Source: Mobula hypostoma (taxonomy: Eukaryota). Taken from it: a stretch of DNA of 64,000 nucleotides. The stretch is from NCBI RefSeq assembly GCF_963921235.1, contig NC_086109.1:24492001-24556000 (forward strand). Direction: 5' to 3'. Every line of letters starts with the position of its first letter. The stretch's first letter is position 1. The notes below the pieces were generated by a model, which saw only the letters and a program-made list of their open reading frames with translations, did not search any database and was not told where the DNA came from. A program made the position numbers and the translations under genes. Of this stretch, positions 47,459 through 60,573 are shown one piece after another.

Positions 47459-47640
47459 CGACACGCACAAAATGCTGGAGGAACTCAGCAAGCAAGTATT
47501 GAAAAAAGTAAACATTCAAGGTTTTGGGCTGAAACCCTTCATCAGGACTCTTTTTTTTGTTTATTCTTTTCCATAGATGCTGCTGAGTTCCTCCAGCATT
47601 TTGTGTGTGTTGCTGTGGGTTTCCAGTATCTGTAGATTTT
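47459..47640. mobile_element. Short palindromic element made of two head-to-head PLE ends
   Basis: acacgcacaaaatgctggaggaactcagca / tgctgagttcctccagcattttgtgtgtgt; reverse hammerhead remnant at ~47515-47549. Confidence 0.75.
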
Positions 47641-48024
47641 CTTGGGAATGATAGATAGGAACTGGACAGTAGCGATTTGGATGATCTTCTGCTCACAAAC
47701 TAATTTTATACACAAGAATCGGAAAATAAAATTAGCTTTCCTGTCACTTCCCAAATACTGTTGATTGTTTTTGTTCTCTTAAATGATTGTGGCAAAATAA
47801 AATTGACTCACCTTCATCTTGCAGGGAATTTAAAATCTCAATATACAGAGAATGTCATCATTAAACTGACAGGGAAAGTATAAATAAACATTGCATTCCA
47901 GTGAGCTCCTTTAAAGGCAATATAATCCTGAAAACGACGCAGTCTGTGGGTTACAGGCAATACAGAGGAATAATAATAGAATCATGTTTTTATCACTAAC
48001 ATATGTCGTGAATTCTATTGTTTT

Positions 48025-49150
48025 GCAGAAACAGTCAGAATGCTCTCCACCATACATCTGTAGAAACTTACAAGAACCTTTAGTGACATTCCAAATCTCC
48101 TCAAACTCCTGGAGTGCCTTCTTCGTGATTGCATCAATGTGTTAAAGCCCAGGATAGATCCTCTGAAATGTTGACACCAAGGAAATTGAAACTCCTCAAC
48201 CTGTCCACCACAGACCCCCTCAGTGAGGGCCAGTGTGTGTTCTCCCAACTTCTCCTTCTTGATTCAATCATTTCTTTGTTCTTAATGATGTTAAGCGCAA
48301 AGGTTGGTGTTTCAACACCACCGTACCAATTAATCTATCTCAGGCACTCCGAGGCATCCAGTTATCGCCATCTGAGATTCTGTCAACAATAGTGGTGTCA
48401 TTGGCAAATTTACAGAGGTATTTGAGCAGTGCCTAGTCACACAGTCGTGAGAGTAAAGAGAGCAGAGGTGTGGGCTAAGTATCCATTCTTGAGGTGCTCC
48501 TGTACTGATTGTCAGCAAGGGGGAGATGTTATTACCAACCTATACTGACTGGGATCTCCCATTAAGGAAATTGAATGAGAATCCAGTTGAAGAGGGGAGG
48601 ACTAGGGGCATAGGCTTTGAAATTTATTGATTAGTAGTGAGGGGAAAGGTGGTGTTAAGTGCCAAGCCATAATCAATAAACAGCAGCTGATTATATTTTG
48701 ATATTGTCTATGTGGTCCAAAAGCTGAGTGGAGATCCATGAAATTACATCAATTGTAGATGTATTCTGGCAACTTTCTGTGGCTTCAGGTCCTTGCTCAG
48801 GAAGGAGCTAACTCTAACCATAACCAACATCTCTAAGCACTACATCATGGTAGATGTGAGTTTTATTGTGTGATAGCCGTTGAGGCACCTCACCCTCCTC
48901 TTCTTGGACACTGGTATGATAGGTGCTCTTTTGAAATAGGTGGGAACAAAGAGAGGTCGAAGACATTCTTGAACACTCCAGCCAGTTGGGTGGCACAGAT
49001 TTTCAGTACCCTGCCAGGTACACTGTTGGGTTCTGACATCTTGCAAGGGTTCACCAAATTGAAGGATATTCTGAGGACAGTCTCAGAGACAGAGATCACA
49101 GGGTTACCAGTTGATATGGGGACTCACCTAGGCATTGTGTCATTTTTCTC
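48025..49150 (-). mobile_element. Old Rex1-type LINE RT fragment
   Basis: ISTGAPQEWILSPHLCSLYSHDC; VPGRVLKICATQLAGVFKNVFDLSL; PTYFKRAPIIPVSKK. Confidence 0.85.
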
Positions 49151-49725
49151 TTCCAAATCACGCATAAAAGGCATTGAGCTCATTGTGTCACAATGTGCGC
49201 TGGCAATATTGGAACCCAAGTGCAGAGGAAAGACAAACTCTGATATAGAGACGGCAACAAGCGTTTGTTCATAATAATTCCAAAAGAACATTGGTGTTCA
49301 GCCAACTGACACTGCAAGTAACAGTCTCAAAACTAGGACCCTCCGGTTAGTGCTAATCAGCATCCACTTAAATAATTAAAGTAACACTGAATCCCTGAGC
49401 CGAACAAAATAAAATTAACTAGCTTAAACAGAAGGCACCAGGAGATGGCATTACAAAGGGTGAGTCTCTGGAGGAAACATGAAGAACCCCAAACAATTAA
49501 TGACTGTCATTAAACAATAATTAACCAATTCAGGTGATCTAAAAACTTTGGAGCCTAATGCTCTCCAGTGCCCTGCATAGGCCCAAAATACTTATTACAC
49601 ACTGGGAAGAAATGTGAATTTTGGCAAAATCAGAATAATTGTTCATTCAGAGAGAAAAGTGAATCTCGTTTCATTGTCTTATACAAGTAAAAAAAATTGA
49701 ATCAAAGCTAAATCAGTGTTTTTCT

Positions 49726-50240
49726 TTCTACCTACTGGAAAGATGTCAATAAGATTGAAAGAGTACAGAAAAAGTTTACAAGGATGTTGCCAGGACTTGA
49801 GGACCCGAGTTGCAGGGAAAGTTTGAATAGGTTAGAATGTTTTCCCTGGAATGCTGGAGGATGAGGCAGAATGAGGGAAGATTTGATAGAGGAATAAAAA
49901 TTATGAGGGGTAGAAATAAGGTAAAGATAAGAAGACTGAGGGTGGGTGAGATTAGACTAGAAGTCATGGGTTAAAGTTGGAAGGTGAAATGTTTAAGGGG
50001 AACATGAGGGGAAACTTCTTCACTCAGAGGGTGATGAGAGTGTGGAATGAGCGGCCAGCTGAAATGGTGAATGTGGGTTCAATTTCAACATATAAGAGAA
50101 ATTTTGTTAAGTACATGGATGGGAGGCATATGGAGCGCCGTGGTCCAGGTACAGGCCAATGGGACTAGGCAGAATAATAGTTCAGCATGGACTAGATGGG
50201 CCAAAAGGCCTGTTTCTGTGCTTTGGTGCTCTATGACCCT
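49726..50240 (+). mobile_element. CR1 LINE 3' fragment
   Basis: MRGNFFTQRVMRVWNERP; homologous to 15850-16360. Confidence 0.85.
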
Positions 50241-50897
50241 CGGTTGAGATCTTGGCTCATCCTGAGGCAAGAGAGTCCACAGAGGAAGTGATCGCTGGGA
50301 TCAAATGCCCCTGTGCTGTCTCTCGAGCTCTGAATTACAGCTTATGTTCCCACAGACCACTGCTCAAACCATGGTTATAAAATTCAAAAAACTGGTGTTC
50401 TGACACTTTGGTACTGGAGTTCTGGAGTGTCTTCGATTCATTGGGGGAGCTGAGTGAAAAGGGATCTGTAAAACAAGCAATAAAATAAAGACTGATTAAT
50501 GTAATATATTTTTAAACATTCTGAAATACTTAACACCCAATTAAGCTTTTAAACATATTGGCACTATAAACAATATATGAGGCACTGTTGCTATAAATAA
50601 TATTGGTCCAGTCAGAATGGCTGGCTTGGCCTAAATTAGTAATCTTCTTGGACTTCATGCTTGGACTGTGTTTCACTAGAGTGAGTCACACTCTTAAATC
50701 CAATCTCAAGAGTCTGTCAGCGATGCTTGAACCTTTGTTGCTTTAACTTTGTGTGTAACATGAAATCATAGAAGGATGGCACACAGAGAGAAATCATTCA
50801 CCTCACATTAACCATACTAGCAGTTTGGTGGATCCCGTTGCCATTCACGATCGTTGTCCTCCTGAGACACAAGGGATTCTGCAGATGCCAGGAATCA

Positions 50898-50898
<1 letters not shown>

Positions 50899-50987
<89 letters not shown>
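50899..50987. repeat. (GA)n/(GACA)n compound microsatellite inside a head-to-head PLE-end pair (~50866-51131)
   Basis: Seen directly; the flanks match PLE ends in opposite orientations. Confidence 0.9.
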
Positions 50988-50990
<3 letters not shown>

Positions 50991-51294
50991 CCAGCAGGTC
51001 AAGTAGTATCTAGGGCAGTATATAAACTGCCACTGACCCAGAAGGGTCTTAGCCCAAGATGCTGACAGTTGATTCTCCTTCATAGATGGTGCGTACCCTG
51101 CTGAATTCTTCCAACATTTTGCATGTGTTGTTCAGTTGTTTCCCTAAACTGCCTGGATTTTATCTCCTACCATCTGATAACTAGCAAAATTTGAATGAAA
51201 AAGGAAGCATGTCTTGTAAGGGTTTATACTGCTAAATTCTTTATCTTTCAAACTCATTGATGATGCTAGCTCTGTCCACCATAAAAGACAGTCC

Positions 51295-51890
51295 TCCATG
51301 TGGCCACCCATTTCAATTTGAGGTGTCTGTCCATGGCCCTCTCTACTACCATGATGAGGGAAAACTCAGGTTGGAGGAGCAACACCTCATATTTCGCTGG
51401 GTACCCTCCAACATGATGTTATAAATGTCAATTTCTCCAACTTCCCATTAATCTCTTCCCCCCACCCCCCATCCTGCTCTCTTTTTCTAGTCCCCATTCT
51501 GGTCACCCTCTCACCCCTTCTATTCTTCTCACCTGTCCATCATCTCTCTCTCTCTCTAGTTTCCACTTCTGCTTCCCTTTCTTCTATGGTTCACTGTCCT
51601 CTCCTAACAGATTCCTCCTTCAGCCTATTATCTCTTCCAACTGTCCCCTTCCACCTTTTTACTTCATCCCCCCTTCCCCCACCCACTCACCCACCTTCCT
51701 CCTACCCAGTCTCACCTATTATCTGCCAGCATGTACTTCTTCCCCTCCCTGCACTTTCTTATTTTGGTTTCTTCCCCTTTCTTTCCAGTCCTGATGAAGG
51801 ATCCCAGCCCAAATCATCAACTTTTTAATTCCCCTCCATAGATGCTGCCTGAATTGCAGAGTTCCTCCAGCATTTTCTATGCCTTGCTCC
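51295..51890 (+). mobile_element. PLE 3' fragment
   Basis: ctcaggttggaggagcaacacctcatatt (LRLEEQHLI); pyrimidine-rich UTR; agtcctgatgaagg at ~51787. Confidence 0.8.
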
Positions 51891-52149
51891 AAATGCTTGG
51901 AAACATTTTCTGCAAAAAAACAAACACAAAATGCTTTTTAAAAATCTGAACTTTGCTCCTGGCCTCCACTCCAGGTCAGAGCCAGAAGAAGAAAGACTCC
52001 TTGAGGTTCTATACAAAATATTACGGAGCTGGTGTTGGTAATGCTTCTCTGATGCTTTCTGGAACCTTCTATAAGTTGCCAGTGTCATCTGCTGCATCCC
52101 TTGTGGGCAGGGATCACTGCTGCACTGATCTTCTGCTGGGCTGATCAAA

Positions 52150-52652
52150 TAACAGAGCATAGAACATAGAACATGACAGCACAATAAAGGCCCTTTGGCC
52201 AACAATGTTGTGCTGGCATTTTACCTACTCTAAGAACAATCTAAATCTTTCGTCCCACATAGCACTCCACTTTTCTGTTACCCATGTTCCTATTTAAGAA
52301 TATTTTAATGTCCCTAATGTATCTGCTGCTGGTAGCACATTCTACACACTCACCACTCTCTATGTAAAAAAAAACACATACCTCTGATATCCTTCATACA
52401 CTTTCCTCCAATTACCTTAAAATTATGCCCCTTGTATTAGCCATTTATGTCATAGGCAAAAGTCTCTGGCTGTCACTTCAATCTATGCCTCTTGTCATCT
52501 GGTACACCTCTGTCAAGTCACCCCTCATTCTCCTTCACTCCAAAGAGAAAAGCCTTAACTTGTCCAACCTTTCCTCATAAGACATACTCTCCAAACCAGG
52601 CAGCGTCCTGGTAATTTTGCTCTGCACCATTTCCAAAGCTTCCACATCCTTC
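52150..52652 (-). mobile_element. CR1 LINE 3' fragment
   Basis: KDVEALEMVQSKITRTLPGLESMSYEERLDKLRLFSLE; (catagaa)n tail. Confidence 0.85.
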
Positions 52653-53447
52653 ATATTTTGCTTTCTGAATACCTTAGGATATACCTTGTGGATCTTGGAC
52701 AGCTGATCATGAAAATCAGCATGAAATTTCCATATCACACATTTTTTTTTGAAAATGCCTATATTTGTTATTTCAATTCATAATTCAAGACAGAGTAACT
52801 GATGTCAGGATTAAGGAAGGCATTTTTGTTGGTCCACAGATCAAACAGGTCATCAATGACAGGCAATTCAAAGAACTTCTAGTGGGACTGGAGAAAATCG
52901 CATGGAAGGCATTCAAGGACGTCGTTGAAAATGTTTTTGGCAAAAAGAAAACCAAACTATGTGCAGCTGGTTGACAATATACTTCAAGCATACAAAACTA
53001 TAAAGTGCAACATGTCACTAAATATTAATTTTCTGCATTCCCATTTCGACTTCTTCCTTGCAAATCTTGATGCTGTCAGTGACAGCATGGTGAAAGATTT
53101 CACCAGGACATTGCGGTCATGGAGAAATGGTATCAGGGCAACTGGAATCCATCAATGTTGGCTTGATTATTGTTGCACACTGAAGCGAGAAGCCTCAGAC
53201 ACTGGGTACAAATGAAAATCACCTACAAAGCATTTTTAGTTTAGTTGAACTATTGCAAAGTGTCAACACCATTATGCAATTAAACACATGATATCCAATG
53301 AAAGTTAATTTCTTGTTTCTCTGAACTCCTACATGATATAAGTAGTCTGGAACTATATTTGTGTTCAGGTTCAAGCAGTCTATCACAACCAAAAAAAAAA
53401 AATTCTGAGGAAGCTGCACTTCTGGAGAAAAATAAAAGTGTCCAGTG
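52653..53447 (+). mobile_element. Chapaev3-like (CMC superfamily) DNA transposon remnant
   Basis: IKEGIFVGPQIK..AWKAFK..MSLNINFLHSHFDFF..AVSD, then shifted ERFHQDIAVMEKWYQG; right end ..ccagtg followed by tta. Confidence 0.7.
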
Positions 53448-53939
53448 TTATGAGGTGGCTGGAACTGAACTCAAAATTCCAAGCAACATACACAGAATAC
53501 TGGAGGAACTCAGCAGGCAGGGTAGCATCTATGGAAAAAGAGTAATCCATTAACAGTTTGGGCTGAGACCCCTCATCAGGACTCCAATTCTGGTCTAACG
53601 AGGGTGTTGGAGGTGCAAAATTACATCTTGCAGCTCAATATCCTCACTACTCTATGGCCAACACACCATACCAAATCACCATCAGCAGCAACTGATAACA
53701 TATTATACTATTTTATCAACTTTGAGATCCTTCTTCCCAAGACCTAAACTTAAATGGGCCTCAACAGCTGAGAAAAAGTCTACAGTCAGTGCGCGGTTAA
53801 AATCTCATGTGGAACAGATGGAGTAGCATTGCATTTGGCTTCATTGCATTTTGATTAGGAAAAGGAAAGTTGTGCGTTTAAAAATGCACCAGGTTAACTT
53901 TTAGTTACAAAATAGTTGTTCTGAAATTGGTACTAACAC

Positions 53940-54270
53940 AGGTTAATAGATTACAGATTAGTTAAGGTAATTCCAGTGGATTGTTGGCAATAGACCTAGG
54001 TTAATTGGTTAACCTTCAGTATAAATGGACCTGTTGTGAGCTGACGTGATCTAAGGTAATGGGGTTAGTTATTAATTTAAATAGACCATAAGGAGTTGGA
54101 ACTGGCACACGTTAACCATTACTTTAAATGTATCTAATTGGGAGTTAACAATAGCCCAGGTTAACTGGCAGACCATTAGTTTAAATGGACTTGATTGAGA
54201 GTTGTCACTAGTACAGACTAATTAGTTAACCATAAGTTTAAATGAACCCAGTTGGGATTTGACACTGATA
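53940..54270. repeat. Degenerate minisatellite, ~57-bp unit, about 6 copies
   Basis: Recurring ggttaa..gttaaccattagtttaaatggac..ttgggagttg motif. Confidence 0.65.
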
Positions 54271-55361
54271 TGGCACAATGGCTGAATAGAATCTGCAGCA
54301 CTGGAATTTTGATGAGGCACAATTCAGAGGAATATTCGGTGCATTAAAAGTAATTTATTTGCAGCTTGAAGTTTTCTTCTAATCACCTGACCCAGCTTCA
54401 AAAATGTGTGGCCGTTAAATATTTAGAAAATCTTCTTTGTAATTGCATTTTAAAAATTTATAATGCAGATAAATTATGCTATTTTAACTATATGACCTTT
54501 GAAACTGTGATGTCATTGTATGACTGCCTATAGAGAAGGAAAGGAGTGAGAGACAATCAAATGTTTCATAATGTAATGGCATTTATTAATGTAACAGCAG
54601 TGCTTATTAAATATGAAAATGCAGTTTGATTTCCATCTTTTTTTGTTTGAACTGTCTCAATATGGTATTAAATATATTACTAACCTGCTCTACATTGATT
54701 TATATTTCAAGACAGAAAGATTTTTAAGAAAGTAATGGGAAGGATTAAAAAGCTGGCATCAGTATAATATTATTTTTCTTCATATGGATAAACTATGTAC
54801 ACATCAAGGCCCTGAACGCAGGATGAGGCAATGTATTGAAAGTAGGAAATAAAATGAACGGAATCAAAAGCAATAGTGAACTGCCAGCTGGTAAAATATT
54901 TAAGTATCTGCTGTTTCTCGAGGGAGCATAGATTGAAGAATTTGAACAGGTGAGGAGATGGAGATGATAGAGTAAAGTAAGAGAGGATGTGAGGGAAGAG
55001 ATAAGATGAGAGTGTGAGGTAAATAGGTAAAATAGGGATAATAGGAAGGCAGAATGAGAAAAAAGAGCAAGTCTTGCATTTATGTAGCCTCTTTGATATC
55101 CCCTCCCATTTATACTCAGTGGACACTTTATTTGGTACCTCCTGTATCTAATAAAGTGGCCACTTAGTGTACGTCCATGGTTTTCTGCTGCTGTAGTCTA
55201 TCCACTTCAAGGTTCAATGTGTTGTGCATTCAGAGAAGCTCTTCTACACACTACTGTTGTTCTTACTTACTGCCTGTTTTGCCAGTGCTGTTTAAGGAAG
55301 TAATGAAGATTCTCCATCCCTCTCTATATAGAAGCATTCTTCATTGTTGTTTCTGGAACAT

Positions 55362-55930
55362 TTGTTTTTTGATCAGTTAGGGTTGTTAGCCCTAAGCTGA
55401 ACCCCCTGAACCTGGAGGACCGGTAGGCCTCTACGTTTTGACTTGATTGACATGGATGACCCTAACAAGAGCCAAAGCAACAGGCCCCGACTCCAGCCAA
55501 AATACTGAAGCTCTCTGGGTCACTGATGCATGCAAGCCTCCAACCCAGCACATTTATAGTTGTGAACTTCCCATGATTCGGGACACTTACAAGGACAGGT
55601 GTGTAAAAAGGGCCGGTAGGATCATTGGGGACTCAAGCCATCCCAACCACAATTTATTCCAGCTGCTACCATCCGGGAAGCGGTACCGCAGCATAAAAGC
55701 CAGGACCAACAGGCTCCAGAACGGTTTCTTCCACCAGGCCATCAGACTGATGAACTCACGCTGACCTGAGTGTACTCTGTATTACATTGACTGTTCTATT
55801 TATTACAAATTATTATAAATTACTATGATTGAACATCAAGATGGAGATGTAACGTAAAGATTTTTACTCCTCATGTATGTGAAGGATGTAAGAAATAAAA
55901 TCAATTCAAGCACTACGACAAGGTTGAGGA
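55362..55930 (-). mobile_element. RTE 5'-UTR-like fragment split by a Rex1 tail
   Basis: Minus strand accttgtcgtagtg..ggaggcttgcatgcatcagtgacccagagagc..ggtcctccaggttcagggggtt..gggctaacaaccc resembles RTE/BovB-type 5' UTRs as I recall them. Confidence 0.45.
55545..55908 (+). mobile_element. Rex1-type LINE 3' end
   Basis: ELPMIRDTYKDRCVKRAGRIIGDSSHPNHNLFQLLPSGKRYRSIKARTNRLQNGFF; tail matches the reverse complement of 17100-17180. Confidence 0.85.
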
Positions 55931-56719
55931 TTAACTACTGTTGTAATAAGTGGTTATTACAATTATTATCACCTACCTGTAAGCTTGAGCTAGTTTGGCC
56001 ATTCTTCTCCGAGTTCTCTAATTAACAATAGATTTACACCCACAGAACTGTTGCTCACTGGATGTTTCTTTGTTTTTCACACCATTCTCTGTAAACTCTA
56101 GAGACTGTTGTACATGAAAATCCCAGGAGATCAGCAGTTTCTGAGATACTCAAACCAACCAGTCAGGCACAAGCAATCGTTCCACAGTCAAAGTCACTTA
56201 GATCACATTTCTTCCCCATTCTGATGCTTGCTCTGAACAGCAACTGAACCTCTTGACCATGTCTGCATGGTCTTATGCACTGAATTACTGAAACATGATT
56301 GGCTGATCAGATATTTGCATAAGAGAGCAGGTGTACCTAATAAAGTGACCGCTGAGTGTATTTCAAACAGAGTACTAAGAAATATAGTTATCATTATGAT
56401 TTAAGAAATGCCACAGTCCCCATGTGCATAGAATGCTCCCATGTGCTAGTGCTTGATCAGAAATAGTTATGAAAAAGATTAAACATTGGCTAGGGTGTTT
56501 AGGATATCTCCCTACACTTCTCAAAATTGTGCCACGTGAGATTTAATACCTCCCTCAGGAACAAATGGGAGTTCACTTCAGTATTTCATCCTAACAGCAA
56601 CAGTTTTTCAGTATTGAACCAGAATGGCAGTAACACCTTTAAGGTTATGGCTTAGAAGCATGGTGGTTTCAATGGAGCACAGCGCCAGGAGGTGGTGAAC
56701 AGAGAATATATTTATTTAC

Positions 56720-57005
56720 TTACTTACTTATTGAGATACAGTGTGGAATAGGCCCTTCTAGCCCTTTGAGTTGCTCCAACCAGTCCCCTGATTTAACCCT
56801 AGCCTAACCATGGGACAATTTACAATGACCAATTAACCTGCTAACCGATACGTCTTTGGACTGTGGGAGAAAACTGGAGCATCTGCGTGAAACCTGTGTG
56901 GTCACGGGGAGAATGTTTAAATTCCTTAGAGACAGTGGCGGGAATTGAAGCCTGGTCAGTGGTACTGTAAAGTGTTGTGCTAACCACTTTGCTATCATGC
57001 TACCC
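56720..57005 (-). mobile_element. V-SINE (HE1-like), near full length
   Basis: Minus strand has a tRNA-like head (atagcaaagtggttagc..ggcttcaattccc), a V-domain (ttctcccacagtccaaagacg) and a (aagt)n tail. Confidence 0.8.
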
Positions 57006-57974
57006 AGGAAACACATGGACCTGAGCAGAAAAGAAAGAATTAATCACCAAAGGCACAATCACACAAGATATTGAGAAGAAAATGAGTGCATCTGAATTAT
57101 AGGAATCATTAGCTACAGAGGTGATAACAGAAATAGATGAATGCGGGTCCATATTCAAGTATATAAGACCCACACAGGAAAATGAAAATCCAATGTGATT
57201 CATTTGATGAACACACTGAATGATTCATCTGAGGGACTTCTTTGATGGGCTCCTTCTGGTCAATGGGAAGTCTGCAATTACCCTCTATCTTGACATCCAA
57301 AAGGCTATTTATGATATTTTATAGTAAAGCCTTAATGTCTGAGGAGTAGAGGTCAGATAGGTCAGCCATGATTATCTGAATGAGGTAGACTGAAAGAACC
57401 AAGTGTTCTATTCCTGCTCCTGCCTTTTCATGTTCTTGTACCCTCAGTAAGAATAAAACTTGGCTAAGGAGAGAAAAGCAGGTGTTAACTAGTGAAGTTA
57501 GAGTTGAGGAGGCCTTACTGGGAGTTGGAAGAGGCCTGAGTCAGATGACATTAGGGGCTTATAGACCTTCTAATTTATTAGTGACCTGAATTCAGAAATG
57601 CCAAAATTTGCAGCAGGTGCCAAGCTATGAGAAAACTTAAGATGAAGCTCAGAAACTATATAGGTAGCAAGGCAGACGATGGAACTTAATACAGAGAATC
57701 ATAGAATGAAGAATAAAAGGCAACAATAGCACTGGACAGGTGGCTTTGAAAACAGAAGAGTTCTAGGAATGATGTAAGACTTGCTAATAGACACTTCAAC
57801 GCAAAACAACAATCACCAGAGTTAAAAAGGAAAATCAAAACCCGACAGTTAAAAATTAAAAGGACATTGATCAGCACAGAGCCAAAACAACAGAACAGTT
57901 TAACACGAGCCAGAAGAGTTCATGGAAGGGCTTTGGAAGTTCACATGACTACTGGCTCCAATTCAAGTCAGAAT

Positions 57975-58845
57975 AGACACTCTGTGCCAACTTTATTAGG
58001 TACCTCCTATTTCTAAGAAAGTGCCCACTGTGTGTATGTTTGTAGTCTTCTGCTGCTGTAGCCCATCCACTTCAAGGTTCATTCAGAGATGGTCTTCTGC
58101 ATGTTGTGACGCATGGTTAGTTGAGTTACTGTCAACTTCTGTCAGCTTGATCTAGTCTGGCCATTTCCCTCTGAGCTCTCTCACAGAACTTACGCTGTTC
58201 ACTGGATTGTTTTTTTTTTGCTTTTCACATCATTCTATATAAACTCAAGACCCTATGGTGTGTGAAAATGCCAGGAAATCTGTAGTTTCTGAGATACTCA
58301 AACCACCCAGTCAAGCACCAGCAATCATTTCAAAGTCACTTAGATCACATTTCTTCCCCATTCTGATGTTTGGTCTGAACAACAACTGAACCTCTTGACC
58401 ATGTCTAAAGTTACTAAAGCAGCACCTTCCAGACCCATGACCACTACCATCTAGAAGGACGAGAACAGCAGACACCTGGGAACACCACCACTTTGAAATC
58501 CCCCCTCCAAGTCACTCACCATCCTGACTTGGAAACATATCACTTTTCCTTCATTGTCGCTGGGTCAAAATCATGGAATTCCCTCCTTATCAACACTGTG
58601 GGTGCACCTACTGCTGGGGGACTGCAGCGGTTCAAGAAGGCAGCTCATCTCCACCTTCTCAAGAACAACTAGGGATGGGCAGTAAATGCTGACTTAGCTG
58701 GCAACTCCCACATCTCATAAATAATTAAAAATAAAATGTCTGTGTGCTCTTATGCATTGAGTTGCTTCCTCATGATTGGCTTATTAGATATTTGCAATAA
58801 AGAGCAGGTGTACAAGTGTACGTAATAAAGTGGCAACTGAATGTA
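57975..58845. mobile_element. Tc1-type non-autonomous transposon, second copy
   Basis: Same TIRs and internal sequence as 55111-56360. Confidence 0.8.
58407..58735 (+). mobile_element. CR1/L2-type LINE 3' end inserted in the Tc1 element
   Basis: KSWNSL..GLQRFKKAAHLHLL; flanked by atgtct (58401-58406 and 58736-58741); related piece at ~44440-44685. Confidence 0.65.
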
Positions 58846-60119
58846 TTTTGAACACTGCACAGATTTCTGGTTCAACGGAACCTTGTTTTGCTGACTTGTA
58901 TCTGTATGCACATCCTTTAGTTTGATTTATATTTCCGCCAGAAATATCAGCTGCGATTAACAAACTATCACCGCTTTTCCTCACCTGGCACTATCATTTT
59001 TGCCCTATCAAGAAATTCTCTTTGTTCACTGCATCCCTTTTCTCTCTCTTGAAAAAAAAAATTTGATTTCTAACTTTTCTTTAGTTCCTATTATCAATAG
59101 GAACATAAACTCTGTTTCTCTCTCTTCAGATGTTTTTTGACCTACTCAATTTTCTACATTTTGTTTTTTTTAAAATTTCTTCAATATTGGGGTTGGTTCC
59201 AGACAGATCTTGCCTAGAGCAACAAACACAAAATGCCGGAGGAACTTAGCAGGTCAGGGAGCATTTGTGGAGAAGAATAAACAGTCAACATTTTAGGCTG
59301 AGACTCCAGAGTATTGCGATCAGATTTGATCAAGTCATGCTTTGAGCCTTAGGTTTAGTTCTGGTCGAACTGTACCTTGAACTCAGGTGCATTTCTAATT
59401 AGATTGCATGTCAATAACTAATCCAGTACTGTCAGACCACACTTTTAGCATTAGGTCAGGATTTGCTTAAACTATACCTTGACTACTGGGTACAATAATT
59501 GTCAAGTGCTGGATCCTGTTCTCATCTGTCCAAACTTTGGAAAGTGCTTTCATTTGTAGACAAGTAACACGTTGAATATTGGTTCAATTTTCCACTGAGA
59601 TATAGCTGTTGGTCAGACCGCCACTTGAGCATCGACTTTGCTTTAAGACACCAAAATAAAAAGAGAACATTCAAGAGTGGGGCACAGAAAGGTGCAGAGG
59701 TGCAAGTTGGATCCTAAGAATAATGAACTGACAAAGAGAAAGAACAGACAAAGTAGAAATTTTCACCTGAAAAGCAAATGCTTGAGTGATAATGTTTTGG
59801 AGTGTTTGATGGCTATAGAAATGCACTGTTAAAACAAAATATTTCAAGTTAAATAAGCATGGATTCAGACTAATAAAGGGCAAACATAACATTGACAGTA
59901 AATTATTTACAAAACATATGCTCAAGAAGTGTGGTGGACAAGAATCCCAGAGCCAGACACAGTATCCTTGTATACTCTGAAGAGAGCTGTGTTCACATGC
60001 AATCTGACCAGCTCGCAATCATGAGTTCCTCTGACTTACTGTATATTCAATTGTTTTGTTTTCAGTGGAGTTCATTCACCCTTTAACTTTGCTGATTGCT
60101 GCTCTGCAATGGTTTTAAA

Positions 60120-60539
60120 TAGAACATGGAACAGTACAAAACTGGAACATGCCCTTCAGCCATAATATCTGTGACGACCAATCTCAACAAATCCCATTTG
60201 CCTGCACATGGTCTGTATCCCTCCAGTCCCTGCTTGTTAAACTTTGCTATGATATCTGCTCCGCTATCTTACCTGGCAGTGAATACCAGCCACCTCTCTA
60301 GTATTTGACGTTTACACCCTGGGAAAGATACTAAATTTCTACCTTATCTATGTCTCTCATAATTTTATATACTTCTATCTAATCAGCCCTCAACCTGCAA
60401 AGCTCCACAGAAAACAATCCAAATTTGTACAATCTTTCCTATAGCTAATACTCTCTAAGCCAGGTGACATCCCGGTGGACATCTTCTTAACTCGCCAAAG
60501 CATCAAGCATCCATATCCTTCCAGTAATGCAGCAACCAG

Positions 60540-60573
<34 letters not shown>

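Larger units (their letters stand above)
55111..56360. mobile_element. Tc1-type non-autonomous transposon with nested insertions
   Basis: TA-flanked TIRs (tatactcagtggacactttatttggtac / gtacctaataaagtgaccgctgagtgta); homologous to 57975-58845; extra reverse TIR at ~55143-55171. Confidence 0.8.

Noticed and set aside
50825..51083. RE-repeat and SL-repeat ORFs
   Set aside because: Translations of the (GA)n microsatellite.
53940..54270. CRISPR-like array
   Set aside because: Eukaryotic context, units diverged along their whole length, no unique spacers, no cas genes.
55362..55545. A second HDV-like ribozyme in the RTE 5'-UTR-like fragment
   Set aside because: It contains ucc and gcuaa words, but I could not build consistent P1-P3 helices.
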